NCBI RefSeq assembly: GCF_018977255.1
Contig: NW_024704742.1
Span: forward strand, 94,366,001 to 94,430,000
DNA from: Callorhinchus milii
Taxonomy: Eukaryota
Length of the DNA: 64,000 nt
Reading direction: 5' to 3'
Part shown: positions 38,043 to 50,157 of the stretch, in pieces
Layout of the letters: every line of letters starts with the position of its first letter
How positions within the stretch are numbered: the stretch's first letter is position 1
Made by a program: the position numbers and the translations under genes
The notes under the pieces: generated by a model
Told to the model about the DNA's origin: nothing
Database searches by the model: none
The model's input: only the letters and a program-made list of their open reading frames with translations

Positions 38043-38994
38043 CTGAAGAAAACACAAATTAATTTACGGTGAGTTGGAGAATAGAACTTTTCAGTTTAGA
38101 TTAAATACACATCAACCTGCAGTATTCTAACAACAGTGGACCAGAATGTATGAGGAAAGTTCCCTTATCATCAGTAATGCACTTGTCCATTCTATTAACC
38201 CAACTGGAATTAAATAGAGTAGTTCTAATTTGCAGATTGTGCACATATATGGAGATTACAGTTGCTCTTAAATATGTAACAACCAATGAAAAAGGGGGGT
38301 AAATTCAGAACAAATTGCAATTGCAGGGGCTTAAATTCAGAACAAATCTGCGAAAACACTACTTCAGTGAGTGAGTAGTAAACTTATGCAACCGGCTCCC
38401 TAGGGAGATGGTGGAAGCAGAAAGTGTGGTTTGTTTCAAGAACAAATTAGATAGATTTCTGCTAGAAAATAATATCTCAGGATATAGTATATAGTTTGGG
38501 ACACGACATATCAAACGACTGCCAGGATGGTGGAAGGCGAACTGATGGGATCTTGGTCTTCTTTCACCTAGCAAATTCTTATATTCTTAAAAAGATTACA
38601 GGTTAAGACAAACCGTAATTGGATCACAATGTATTTTCTATATACATCAGTGGCTGTTGGCACTCAAATCGAGCACTTTAGAAACTTTGAACTTCCTTTT
38701 CTTTTGTACATACACGACCGCATGTGCGTGTCTATGTAACAGTTTTAATGAGATTTCTGGGAAGTAGTTGAGAATCATGGTTGAATCATGTGGAAGGGAG
38801 AAACTGGTTAAGAACTGAACACTAACCCAGGGGATTAGAAACCTAGAAACCTCATTACCTGTATTTCTACTGTGCTTATGTTAATGAGCCTTCCTTACAC
38901 AGTACTGCTCTGAACAAATTTGACTACGTCATTGGAAATAATAGGAATGGGGGTGGGTGTATGTTTTTGTCAACTTTGATTTTCACAAGTAGTA

Positions 38995-39318
38995 TTAATA
39001 ATAATAATAATAATCCTTGCATTTGATATAGCGCTTTTCACGTCGGGAGGACGTCCCAAAGCGCTCCACAGAATATACTGTAAAGTGAGTTGACTGTATA
39101 TTTGTGGGCGAACGCGGCAGCCAATTGCGCACAGCAATGTCCCACAAACAGTCGTAGATTGAAAATGACCAATTTAATTATTGTTTTCGTTTTTTGGAGG
39201 GATTATTGTTAGGCGTGTGGAGTAAGGAAACTTGCCCAAGGTTTCGCCTCTGCCTGGAATTGAACTCAGGTCTCTCGCTTGCAAAGCGAGTGCTCTAACC
39301 ACTGAGCTACAGGACTCC
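38995..39318 (-). mobile_element. Full-length young tRNA-derived SINE with L2-like 3' tail
   Basis: 5' GGAGTCCTGTAGCTCAGTGGTTAGAGCAC (A box) and GAGTTCAATTCC (B box); 3' stem-loop shared with L2; (TTA)n tail. Confidence 0.93.
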
Positions 39319-40900
39319 ATTAATGGGAATACTCCCCAACATAAAATGGACCATAAAAACTGGTAGGAATTTTAGAGTCATTAAAACACAAATGTAATTT
39401 CCAATAATAACGTGTATAAACATCAGCTCATTTAGGCTAAACACCCAAGCAGAAAGCTATCTATAAGCGGGTAGAATTTGGTGCTAATTCAACAATCACC
39501 TAAAAAATGAACTGGGTTAGGCCAATGCAGTTGTGGATCCTCTTTGGGGTTTGGGGAAAGGGCAGATTGGTGCAGCGGAGTAAAGGAAGCTGTCTGTATC
39601 TAACCATAATCTAACTAACCTGGGATTTCTTGATATTGAGTGACAAGCAGAAAGCAGCCACTATTCAGCATTGCCAAAACATCAACAAGGGAAAGAGGAC
39701 ATTTCAAACCAGCTTTTCCAGATCAGTTGTGTGCTAGTGAATATTAGGACTACAAAGAGCGAGGGAACCTCCAGTTTTTTTTGTGTGTGGGGGTGGGGGG
39801 ATGTCACAATATTTAATTACAATGTTTTTCTTTTAATCAGCTTTAATCACTCTGGGCTTGAATCTCTGAGTCACTTCATAACATTTAAGTGACAATTGAA
39901 GATCTGAGGAGGAAAATTGTAAAAGATTACAGTGCACAGGAAAAGACCAGGAATTTGGGATTGAAGTAGTTAGTTCTAGTAGAGGAACTGACACTAATAC
40001 AGGCCCGATAGGGTGAATTGTGGTGTAATTTCTTTGATATATGAGTCTCTGGCAAGACATGGTATTGACTGTAAAACAACAATGTAGGAAACAAAGGGAA
40101 AGGGTAGGTGAATAAACATTAAAATGTTTTATTGCCAATGGCCACTTCTCGGTGTGAAACTGATACATGCACGGAACCTTGGAGTTATTGGATTTCAAGC
40201 ACATATGGTGATGCAACTGGCTTCAGCAAGTTTGAGTTCGAGATGAGGAGAGGGCTGTGTTTTTATGCCAGAATTATACAGATGATTGCTAACCAGTGAC
40301 CTTTGCTGGAACTTGCTCATGTTAGGAGCTCAGTGACTCCCTGAGCCTGTTGACATGTACTGTCCAGGTAATGGAGAGTAACTGTACCCTGTGAACACTG
40401 TAACCAAATACCATTCAATGCCTTCAGGTGGGAAGGGCTGAGTGGAGGGCAGGGATGGGGAAAAACATTTAATAAGTAAAATCTGCTTTTGACACAACTT
40501 GTTTATTCCATTTTTCCATATAAAAAAATAATAAATTGGTCAGTTCAATCCATGATTGTTTGTGGGACACTGCTGTACATAATTGACTGCCACGTTTTGC
40601 CCACAAAATATAGTCAATTCACTTTACTGTGAAGCGCTTTGAGACGTCTCAAAGACGTGATAAAGTGCTATATCAAATGCAAGGATTATAATAAGGAGTC
40701 ATGCTTTACGCTGCCTCCTTTCTTTAGATCACTGTGCTTCCACTTTGCTGAGGTGGAACCAACAGATGGATATGTCTGACCTTTTTCTCCAGCTTTTCCC
40801 AAAACGCAAGTTGACGCCTACTGACCTATGAATGAATTCAGAGGAATTTGCCGTGACTAAGCAATGAAACCACGCTCATCTGTTAATAAAACTCACTCAC

Positions 40901-40990
40901 CTTCCATTTCTTGCGGGCTGCAAATTTCTTGAACTTCTCCATGTTCACAGCGGAGGCTTTTCTGCTGAGAGCTTGCTGAGTGTCCTTTGG
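40901..40990 (-). CDS. DAPK1: DAPK1 exon 10-equivalent: autoregulatory/CaM-binding segment, part 1
   Basis: PKDTQQALSRKASAVNMEKFKKFAARKKWK; acceptor tttcag, donor gtgagt; 90 nt, phase 0-0. Confidence 0.97.
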
Positions 40991-41148
40991 CTGAAATGTT
41001 GCACGGACAAAGTTAACAATTATTGGTTTTGCTAGTAATAGTAAATAACTGCATATTAATAGACTTAACCCTAAGTGGGCATAAAGACTGTTAAGCTATA
41101 AGCATTTTGTACACTTTACAGTCATTCCTGTGAAGAGCTTGGAGACAT

Positions 41149-41384
41149 CTTGGGCAAGTTTCCTTACTCCACACGACTAATAATAATCCCTCCAAAACCA
41201 AAAACAATAATAAAATTGGTCATTTTCAATCTACGACTGTTTGTGGGACATTGCTGTGCGCAATTGGCTGCCGCGTTCGCCCACAAATATACAGTCAATT
41301 CACCTTACAGTGTGTTCTGTGAAGCACTTTGGGACGTCCTCCCGGCATGAAAAGCGCTACATCAAATGCAAGGATTATTATTAT
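41149..41384 (+). mobile_element. 5'-truncated young SINE nested in an older SINE tail
   Basis: Matches the 3' two-thirds of 38995-39318; flanked by ATCTT duplication. Confidence 0.88.
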
Positions 41385-42551
41385 CTTCCTGGTGTGAAAG
41401 GCGTTATATTAAATGTATGGATTATTATTATTGCTTACTTCCCCCAGTCAGAAGAGCAAAATAATCAGGGCAGAGGATCTTGTTGAATACAGTCCCAAAG
41501 GCATTGTACAGCTATGCCCCAGCACAAGCCAGAAGAGAGTACATTATAATTGCCCCAGTGGAAGTTTTCCCTTCCCCCTCAAGACTTTTTCTCTTTTTCC
41601 CAGAGAAATCAAGGAAAACTTGGCTTGCCTCTTATTTACAAGGGTGTTCAAAGAGTCCTGTTACCCCTGCTTTTTTTTCTTACAATGAATTTTTATTTTC
41701 TGTTGCAGTTGAGTGTAACATTTTCTGTTACCAGTAACTTCCTCCTCACTCCCTCCGTGTTATGGAAGATGTTGCACTGAACATGGCGACGGATCATTAT
41801 CTGCCTTGAAAATTATAATGCACACACTGATCCTCTGGACGTTCAAATACAGTTCAATACTTGTACTGATTGCAATTAAGTACTTCTAAATATATTACAT
41901 GTTTCAGCTGTTGATCAGTGCAGTGTAGAAAAGAAAACACACTGTGCTAACAGGCTTTGTGAACACCCTGTAGATGTTCGTGATAAGATTCAATTCAGTG
42001 AAAAACTGTAGAGTTTTATTTGAAATCCTACAGAATTTAGAATAAAAAAATGACCAGCAAACAGAACACTCGGATGCAATTCATATCACTGTATCCCAGA
42101 AACAAAAGCCATACGTTACTCTTTGCCCAATATTAAACAAGGATTGGTGGCTGTTCTCCCCAGACATCAAGAGCATATACTGACCCCCCCCTCCCTCCGC
42201 CACCTTTTAATAACTTCCAACAAAGCTTCACTTAGTCTCCCAGCTGCTCATCTCCTTGTCTGTGTGTACATCTTAAATGTTTTTATTTAAAACAGCCAGA
42301 CTGCAAAAGATTCTCATTTAGAAATGTAATATTTTTATTTGTTCAATCATCTGGGTCACTCAGGCTTGACTGCACTGAAATGCAGTCTAGATAACAGGTT
42401 TCTCAAAGGACGGTGTGATTACCTTCATTTTAGTTTGGTTCAAGAATTCTACTGAAACCCTCATTATAATACCGCTCAGTTGATCTTGTAAAAATAACAT
42501 TTCAAGTTTAAAATGACAAAGAATGACGTCTCTGACTGCTTAGATGAACAT

Positions 42552-42730
42552 TACTGATCCCTGACTGGTGTCAGTTATGTGAACAGTACAGATTCCTTGA
42601 CTAGGGTCAGTATAGATCCCTTGACTAGTGTCAGTCACTATGACAGTACAGACCCCGATTATTGTTGGTCACAACGAGAATATAGACCCTTGACTGGTAT
42701 CGGTCACAAACACAATTAGACCCCTGTCAC
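42552..42730. repeat. Degenerate minisatellite (about 22-35-nt units)
   Basis: Recurring agta(c/t)agaycccttgact(g/a)gtgtcagt motif, about 6 copies. Confidence 0.75.
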
Positions 42731-42789
42731 AAAAATGATATAGAGCAACAGAGTTATAGTAACCATCCGTTTATTTTATAAAATTCTAA

Positions 42790-43095
42790 CATTTGGTGCA
42801 GCGTCTTTCACATTGGGAGGATGTCTCAAATGAAGTACAGTGACTGTATTTTGTAGGCGAAGGAGGCAGCCATCCTGCGCACTAACAGCTATGAAGTAAA
42901 TTGACAATTTTATTTGGGGGAATGTTTGCCAGGACTCTACGAAAAACTCCCTTCTCTTTTCAGTTTGTACCAAGGATTTTCAATGTCCACCTGAAAAGGC
43001 AGACAGGACCTTGGTTTACAGACCTTCCCAGCATCGCACTGAAGTGTCAGTCTGGACTACACGAGTTCAAAGTCCAGACATGGGTTTTGAACTCA
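42790..43095 (-). mobile_element. Deu-domain SINE, decayed
   Basis: taaaccaaggtcctgtctgccttttcaggtggacattgaaaatcc core on the minus strand. Confidence 0.65.
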
Positions 43096-43236
43096 GGGGC
43101 TACCAACTGAGACTGACATCTCAAATGTAAAGCTTTTGAACCAATTATGATTTTTGTTGTTACATTGAATTCATGAAGACAGGTTTATGAAGAAGAGGCA
43201 CATTTGTAGGATTCCAATAAATGTTTTTAAACCCAC

Positions 43237-43282
43237 CTTGATCCATGGATGGTGGAAACTATCTTGAATAGTCATTCGTCTT
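43237..43282 (-). CDS. DAPK1: DAPK1 exon 9-equivalent: end of kinase domain
   Basis: RRMTIQDSFHHPWIK; acceptor taacag, donor gtgggt; 46 nt. Confidence 0.95.
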
Positions 43283-43483
43283 CTGTTAAATACATAGTTA
43301 AAAACAGAATTGTAAAATAGCATTCAGATGCGAGATAGATTCCTGGAATTCATAACAACATTGGTCACCCCCTGCCTGCAGTCCACCACACTCACCACGT
43401 TTGCTATATTTTTATAAAGGTACTAGCTTAACCATAAACATAGTAAGCTATATGGTTTTAGCTGACTGAACTCCAGCCAACTC

Positions 43484-43555
43484 CAGCCAAGGCCTGAGGA
43501 TCCTAGAGTGTGTTGTGAGTACGTAACACACTCTAGGATCCTCAGGCCTTGGCTG
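43484..43555. repeat. Perfect inverted repeat (31-bp arms, 10-nt loop) within copy 3 of the unclassified repeat
   Basis: CAGCCAAGGCCTGAGGATCCTAGAGTGTGTT-gtgagtacgt-AACACACTCTAGGATCCTCAGGCCTTGGCTG. Confidence 0.95.
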
Positions 43556-44424
43556 TTGCCAATCTGCGCAAAATACTGTCCAGAATTCAATAACAGAGTG
43601 GTCTCTCCAAGGAGAGAGAGAGTGCACATTCCATTCCAAGATCACAAGAAAGGTTCAGTTGAAGAAATCCCTCCTGCCCATTTGAACTCATCCTCCAGAA
43701 TACCCACCCTACCATCCTCTAGTAACAGCATTAAGCTGTTTATTAAATGGGCCAGGGTCCTGGACTCAATGACACTGCTTGGTAACCTCTGCCAGTCGTT
43801 AATTACGTTAATTAAAGAAATATTTTCAGTGTCTGTCCTGATATTGCCCTTCACAACCCTTGGGTCTGCTGCCTTGGTGGATCTGAAAATATTCTGGGTT
43901 TACTTTCTCAATCAATTTAAAATTTTAACTTTAAAGACAAAATGGTCTTCCTGGCTGGAATGTTCTCGTTGTGATCAAAGCACAGACAAGATCCTATATT
44001 TTTCCCATTAGAGAAAGGAGTGAACAAACTGCACCTTGATTGAGGTTATCTAGACATAGGGTCATGACTACAAAACGGTAAATATAAGATTTATGATGTG
44101 CATTTCATATCAATTAGTCTAATGTACGATTTCCTCTTACGTTTGTGGTCCCAATGGTCGCATACCTAGCACTGAATCCCAGTTTCAGGGGTTCATCACC
44201 CTGACAATCTTATCCATTGTCTACATTTATCAAGTTTCTTTTCAAAACAAAATTACTTTATTGAAAGGCTCAAATAGTGGAAAGTTTACTAGCCCCATTT
44301 ATTTCAAAGTACAAGCCAAATGAACACACACATTTCCAGCAATGTACAATTTTTAATTTTTTTAAAAGTTTTGAATGGATCTGTGATTAATATGCACATA
44401 TAATGAAGTGCTACTGAAGACCTA

Positions 44425-44947
<523 letters not shown>

Positions 44948-45318
44948 ACAATGTTAAGGATTATTGTTTATTATAGGCACTGAAACGAATTGCAGTTCCC
45001 ACGCAAGATACTGCCTTATCTTCATATCAGCTGACTCAGCAGAGACCCGAGAACCAAATCTATTGGGATTAAGTGGCTCAGTTTTACACACTGCAGTGGC
45101 AGGGAGCAGTGTTGACTTTAACTGCCAATGATGTTGCAATATCAGGGTGGTTCATATTCCTTATTGAAACCAATACCAAATCATTTGGAGCTCCAAATGT
45201 ATGAGGACATAATTGTTTTTTTTCCTGGACATAAACAATAATATGTTGTGATAGACTTTAACTCCACACCTTCAGCTCTGAGAAAACAAACATTTATTTC
45301 TTGCTGAATAATACTTAC

Positions 45319-45345
45319 AGAATGTAGGTTATGACACCAATACTC
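45319..45345 (-). CDS. DAPK1: DAPK1 exon 7-equivalent: 27-nt microexon
   Basis: SIGVITYIL; acceptor tttcag, donor gtaagt; separated from the previous exon by a 106-nt intron. Confidence 0.95.
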
Positions 45346-45451
45346 CTGAAATACAGGAAAGAGAATAAAGCGTTATGATTTTGCACACGTTTCTTAGATT
45401 ATTATTATTATTTTTTTTGTATGTTATTATACAGACTGAATATTCACTCAC

Positions 45452-45500
45452 CACATATCAGCCTCCAGCCCGAGAGGTTCATAGTTCACAATTTCTGGAG
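45452..45500 (-). CDS. DAPK1: DAPK1 exon 6-equivalent: APE motif
   Basis: APEIVNYEPLGLEADMW; acceptor tttaag, donor gtgagt; 49 nt. Confidence 0.96.
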
Positions 45501-46695
45501 CTTAAAAATATAAAGAAAAAGTATGAGTTTCTTTCATAAATTCTGAAATTTTGCTTGTGAGTTATGGGCAGAATGATAGAATTTACACACATTTCATTCA
45601 AATATTTGGGTTGGTTACATCAACACTTCCATCCATTTGCCTTCTTCAGGTGAGAGGCATGGATTGAGTGTACCAGTGCTTAGTAAGGACTATGAACCAC
45701 AACTAAATATAACATTGAGGGGAACAGATTTTGAGACTGGGATTCAAAGTCAGGGCCTCTGAAGCAGTCATTATTAGGTTGCTTGAGCTGTGCAAACACA
45801 GACAGACACACACACACAAAATAGATTCTCAAAATTTCTGAGTGCGATCCTTTGTCGGAAAACCATGTTGGGCCTCTGCATTCCCGACAGGAAGAGTCAT
45901 ATTAATTGTCCTCCTGACGTGAAAGGCGCTTTATAAATGGAATCTTGTTGTTGTCTAATCGGGACCTTGGAATTCTCAGCACCGGAAAATAAAGCTGCAC
46001 TTCCTCCTTTTGTCTCAAAGTAAAACAAAATCCTCACTGGAATTCTCACACTCATCAATCAATTCCTTCACCAGATAGCTGTTTAATTCCCTCTTGGATC
46101 AGTCGACACAATTGGCGTATCGTACCATATAATAGCCACAAACTCAGGCTTTGGCCTGAAGTCCTAATTGATCATTTTAATTGCTTGCATGGATTGAGTG
46201 TTCCAGCGCTAAAATTGTACCACAATAGCTGCCTAGGGAATGACTCAGCCTATTTTTCTTTCTTGCTTGCTTTCTCTCCGTTTCTCTACCCCAAACCCCT
46301 CCACTCCCCAACATAACCCATCACCACTTCCAAGGGAAGGTGTCTACTCTTCCCCTGCTGCCTCCCTAATGAAGACAAGCCAATCTCATTCAGTGAGAGG
46401 GATTAGAGTTCACGTCTCATGACGGTGCCACTGCATATTACAGCTCCCCCACACACCACCATGCTCCAGATTGTATTTAAATGAAACATCATCAGAGTAG
46501 ATTATTGACACCTATTCAGACTAAATTTCTGTTTAGCATTAGCCTTCGGTGATGTGGGCCACTAACAGAATTTCTGATTATAGTCACACATTGCCAACAG
46601 CGCTGCACGTAACGCTGAATGGAACTTTTTCCACATGGACGAGCAGGCTGAGCTCACAGCCCCACGGACAGGGCAAGCACAACAACTTGTATTTA

Positions 46696-47034
<339 letters not shown>

Positions 47035-47120
47035 TTACAATTCTCACCAAACAATTGGTTATACAAAACTAAAACAAATTCACGATAACTGAACAGTGCA
47101 CTCAAATGTGTACTGCACTA

Positions 47121-47289
47121 CAGTCAAACTTCACTATAATGAACCCTGCTTATATAACAAACTCCTGGCTGTAATTGATCCCAATGACAAGACCCGATTT
47201 TTGCACCAAACCCTACGATAATGAACATCCTGATATAACAATCTTATCTGCCTATGCTGAGGGTGGTTCGTTAGACTGAGGTTCGACTG
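47121..47289. mobile_element. Tc1/mariner-superfamily (Tigger/pogo-like) MITE
   Basis: Imperfect TIRs CAGTCAAACTTCACTATAATGAACC and GGTTCGTTAGACTGAGGTTCGACTG, with TA on both sides. Confidence 0.75.
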
Positions 47290-47397
47290 TATTGATCTTT
47301 TATACTAATAATCCTTACATTTGATATAGCACCTTATCATGTTGTCAATCCATCTCCAAGCACCACAGAGTCAGCACAGACACAATGATAAAATGAC

Positions 47398-48600
47398 CTA
47401 CAACAACTTGCATTTATATAGTGCCCCTCACGCAGGTTAGGGTCCCAGAGAGCTTGACTGTGGCGGAGCACGACTCCGAGCCAGGGGGAGGAGGAGGTGA
47501 CCATAGCCACGGTTGAATAGGAAGGTCTTCAAATGCAACCTGAAAATGGGGAAGGAAGGCACAAGGCGGCGGGATAGAGGAAGAGTGTTCTAGAGTTTCA
47601 GGGCCTAGTGGCTGAAAGCGCGGAGACCAATGGTAGAATGGAGGGCACGGGGGATATGCAGAAGGACTGAGTCAAGTGGAGGCAGTGGGCTGGTGTAAGC
47701 AGGTCAGAGAGGTAGGGAGGTGCCAGGGCATGAAGGGATTTGAAAACTGGTGTGAGGATCTTGAAATCTACCCATTCAGTGATGGGGAACCAGTGGAGCT
47801 TGGCTAGAACTGGTGTGATGAGGGTATGGAGTTTATACGGGTGAGTATGTGGGCGGCAAAGCTTTGGATCAGTTGGATCCTGCGCTTGGTGGAGCTGGCG
47901 AGACCAGCAAAGACGGCATTTGGAGGTGACGAACGCATGGACGAGTGTTTCGGTTGCATCCAGGGTAAGGTACGGCTGGAGGCGGGCAATGTGCCGGAGG
48001 TGAAGAAAGGCACTCCTGGTCAGGGAACGGATGTGGGGAAGGAAGGACAGCTGTAGGTCGAACCTGATGCCTAGATTGTGCACTGGTTCGCTAAGTTTGA
48101 GGGATAGACTGGGGAGGTTGAGGAGGTCAGAACTGTAGGATAGAAGACGTTGACGGGAGCCAATGAGTATGGCTTCCGTCTTGTCAACTTTGAGTTGTAG
48201 GAAGTTTTTGCTTGTCCAGGCTCTGATGTCCGCAAGACAAGCTGAGAGAATTATCAACGAATCTGGAGTTACAGCTGGAGGAGAAGTAGATTGGTGTGTC
48301 GTCCACATACATGTGGAATTTTACCTCATGTCTGCAGATGACATCACCAAGAGGGAGCGTATAGATGAGAAAGAGGAGGGGGCCAAGGATGGAGCCCTGG
48401 GGTACACCACACGTGACTGGGTGGAGGCGGGAGGAAAAAACCCAGTCCCACTAAGGTGGATGAGGGAGGAGAGGCGGTGGAGGAGGATGGAGTGGTCAAT
48501 TGTGTCAAACGCAGCAGAGAGATCCAGGAGGACGAAGAGGTAGAGGGAGCCCTGGTCAGGGAGAGAGAGGACATTGTTTCTGACCTTGACAAGTGATGCC
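47398..48600 (-). mobile_element. L2-clade LINE fragment
   Basis: Minus-strand NFLQLKVDKTEAIL, HAFVTS and LHWFP motifs; tail caacaacttgcatttatatag at the left end. Confidence 0.9.
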
Positions 48601-49029
48601 GCTGTGCTGTAAATTTCTAGTTTATGGGTTCAGTAAAACCCTGTGAAGTGCCTCTTTTGTTTAGACAATGTGAATGTTAAAACGGTCATTCTGTCATTAA
48701 AATACCAAGAAAAATTCTACTAGCAGAGTGCAAGAGTGATGGTGACAGATTTTATACCAGCTCACACATAAAATGAATTCAAAATGTGTTCATAAATTCC
48801 GGCCCCACCCATGGGATCTCCACCCAGAGACCTTCCATCTCACCTCACCTCCCCACGCCACCCCCCCAACCTTTAAAACCTGCCTTAAAACCTTTCTTTT
48901 TGACTACGCTTTTGGTTAATATTCACCCCCTCACCGCCCCACCACTCCCTCTTGCTCCTCCTCAGCTCCCACCAACCCCCAGTTCGGGCTCCCAGACATC
49001 TGTGCAAAGCGCTTTGACACAACAATAAT

Positions 49030-49690
49030 ACACAGCACAGTAATGTAATAATATACATTTATATCATGCCTTTCACACAGAAAGCATCTCAGCGTGCTTA
49101 ACAGTGGTGTGGCTTGAAGCTGAGCCAGAAAGGGAGGGGAGGTGACCTAAGACACGGTCAAAGATGAAAGTCTTCAGGTGCGACTTAAAGACGGACAAAG
49201 AAGAGGGAAAATGGAGAGCAGGGAGTTACAGAGATTTGGCTGAAAGCACGGTTGGCTGCCAACTGCCAATAATCCCTCCAAAAAACAAAACAATAATAAA
49301 TTGGTCATTTTCAATCTACGACTGTTTGTGGGACATTGCTGTGCGCAATTGGCTGCCGCGTTCGCCCACAATTATACAGTCAATTCACTTTACAGTGTGT
49401 TCTGTGAAGCGCTTTGGGACGTCCTCCCGACGTGAAAAGCGCTATATCAAATGCAAGTATTATTATTATTATTATTAACTGTGAAACAGAGGGGCGAGGG
49501 ACATGCAGAAGATCAGAGCCAGCTGAGCAAAGGTAGAGGAGTGGGATGTGAGCCTATCGGAGACGTAGGGAGATGCCAGAGTGTGAAGAGATTTGAAAGT
49601 GAGAATCTTGATATTGATCCATTCTGCAATAGGCAGCCAGTGGAACCTGGCAAGAACTGGGGTGATGGGGGTGCGGAGTGTAGCACATCC
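49030..49690 (-). mobile_element. Old L2 3' fragment interrupted by a young SINE
   Basis: ITPVLARFHWLPIAEWINIKILTFKSLH on the minus strand; split at a duplicated AACTG. Confidence 0.75.
49266..49476 (+). mobile_element. 5'-truncated young SINE nested in L2
   Basis: Matches the young subfamily; flanked by AACTG duplication at 49261-49265 and 49477-49481. Confidence 0.88.
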
Positions 49691-49808
49691 TCCCCAACGT
49701 CTCAAAGACGTGATAAGGCGCTATATCAAATGCAAGGATTATATTATTATTTAATGGTTATCTGTTGTTGTAATACATTTTTCCTTTTCTAAAAAATAAA
49801 TAAAACTA

Positions 49809-49982
<174 letters not shown>

Positions 49983-50044
49983 TTAGTTTTTGTTTAAAAA
50001 AAAGGTTAAATGTGCAGGACTGTAATACATACAGTGGACTAGAG

Positions 50045-50157
50045 CAGTGGCGGCCAACAGAATAACCTTTATGGTCGGCCAACAAAATAAGTGTTCTTGA
50101 TTGAATATTTCTTGGCTCATGCCACAAATCAAAAATGCCACAAGGTGGTGACCACTG
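50045..50157. mobile_element. hAT (Charlie-like) MITE
   Basis: TIRs CAGTGGCGGCCAAC and GGTGGTGACCACTG; 8-bp flanks GACTAGAG and CACTAGAT, which resemble the Charlie NTCTAGAN target. Confidence 0.65.

Noticed and set aside
42552..42730. Possible CRISPR-like repeat-spacer array
   Set aside because: Eukaryotic intron, degenerate repeats, short non-unique spacers and no cas genes.
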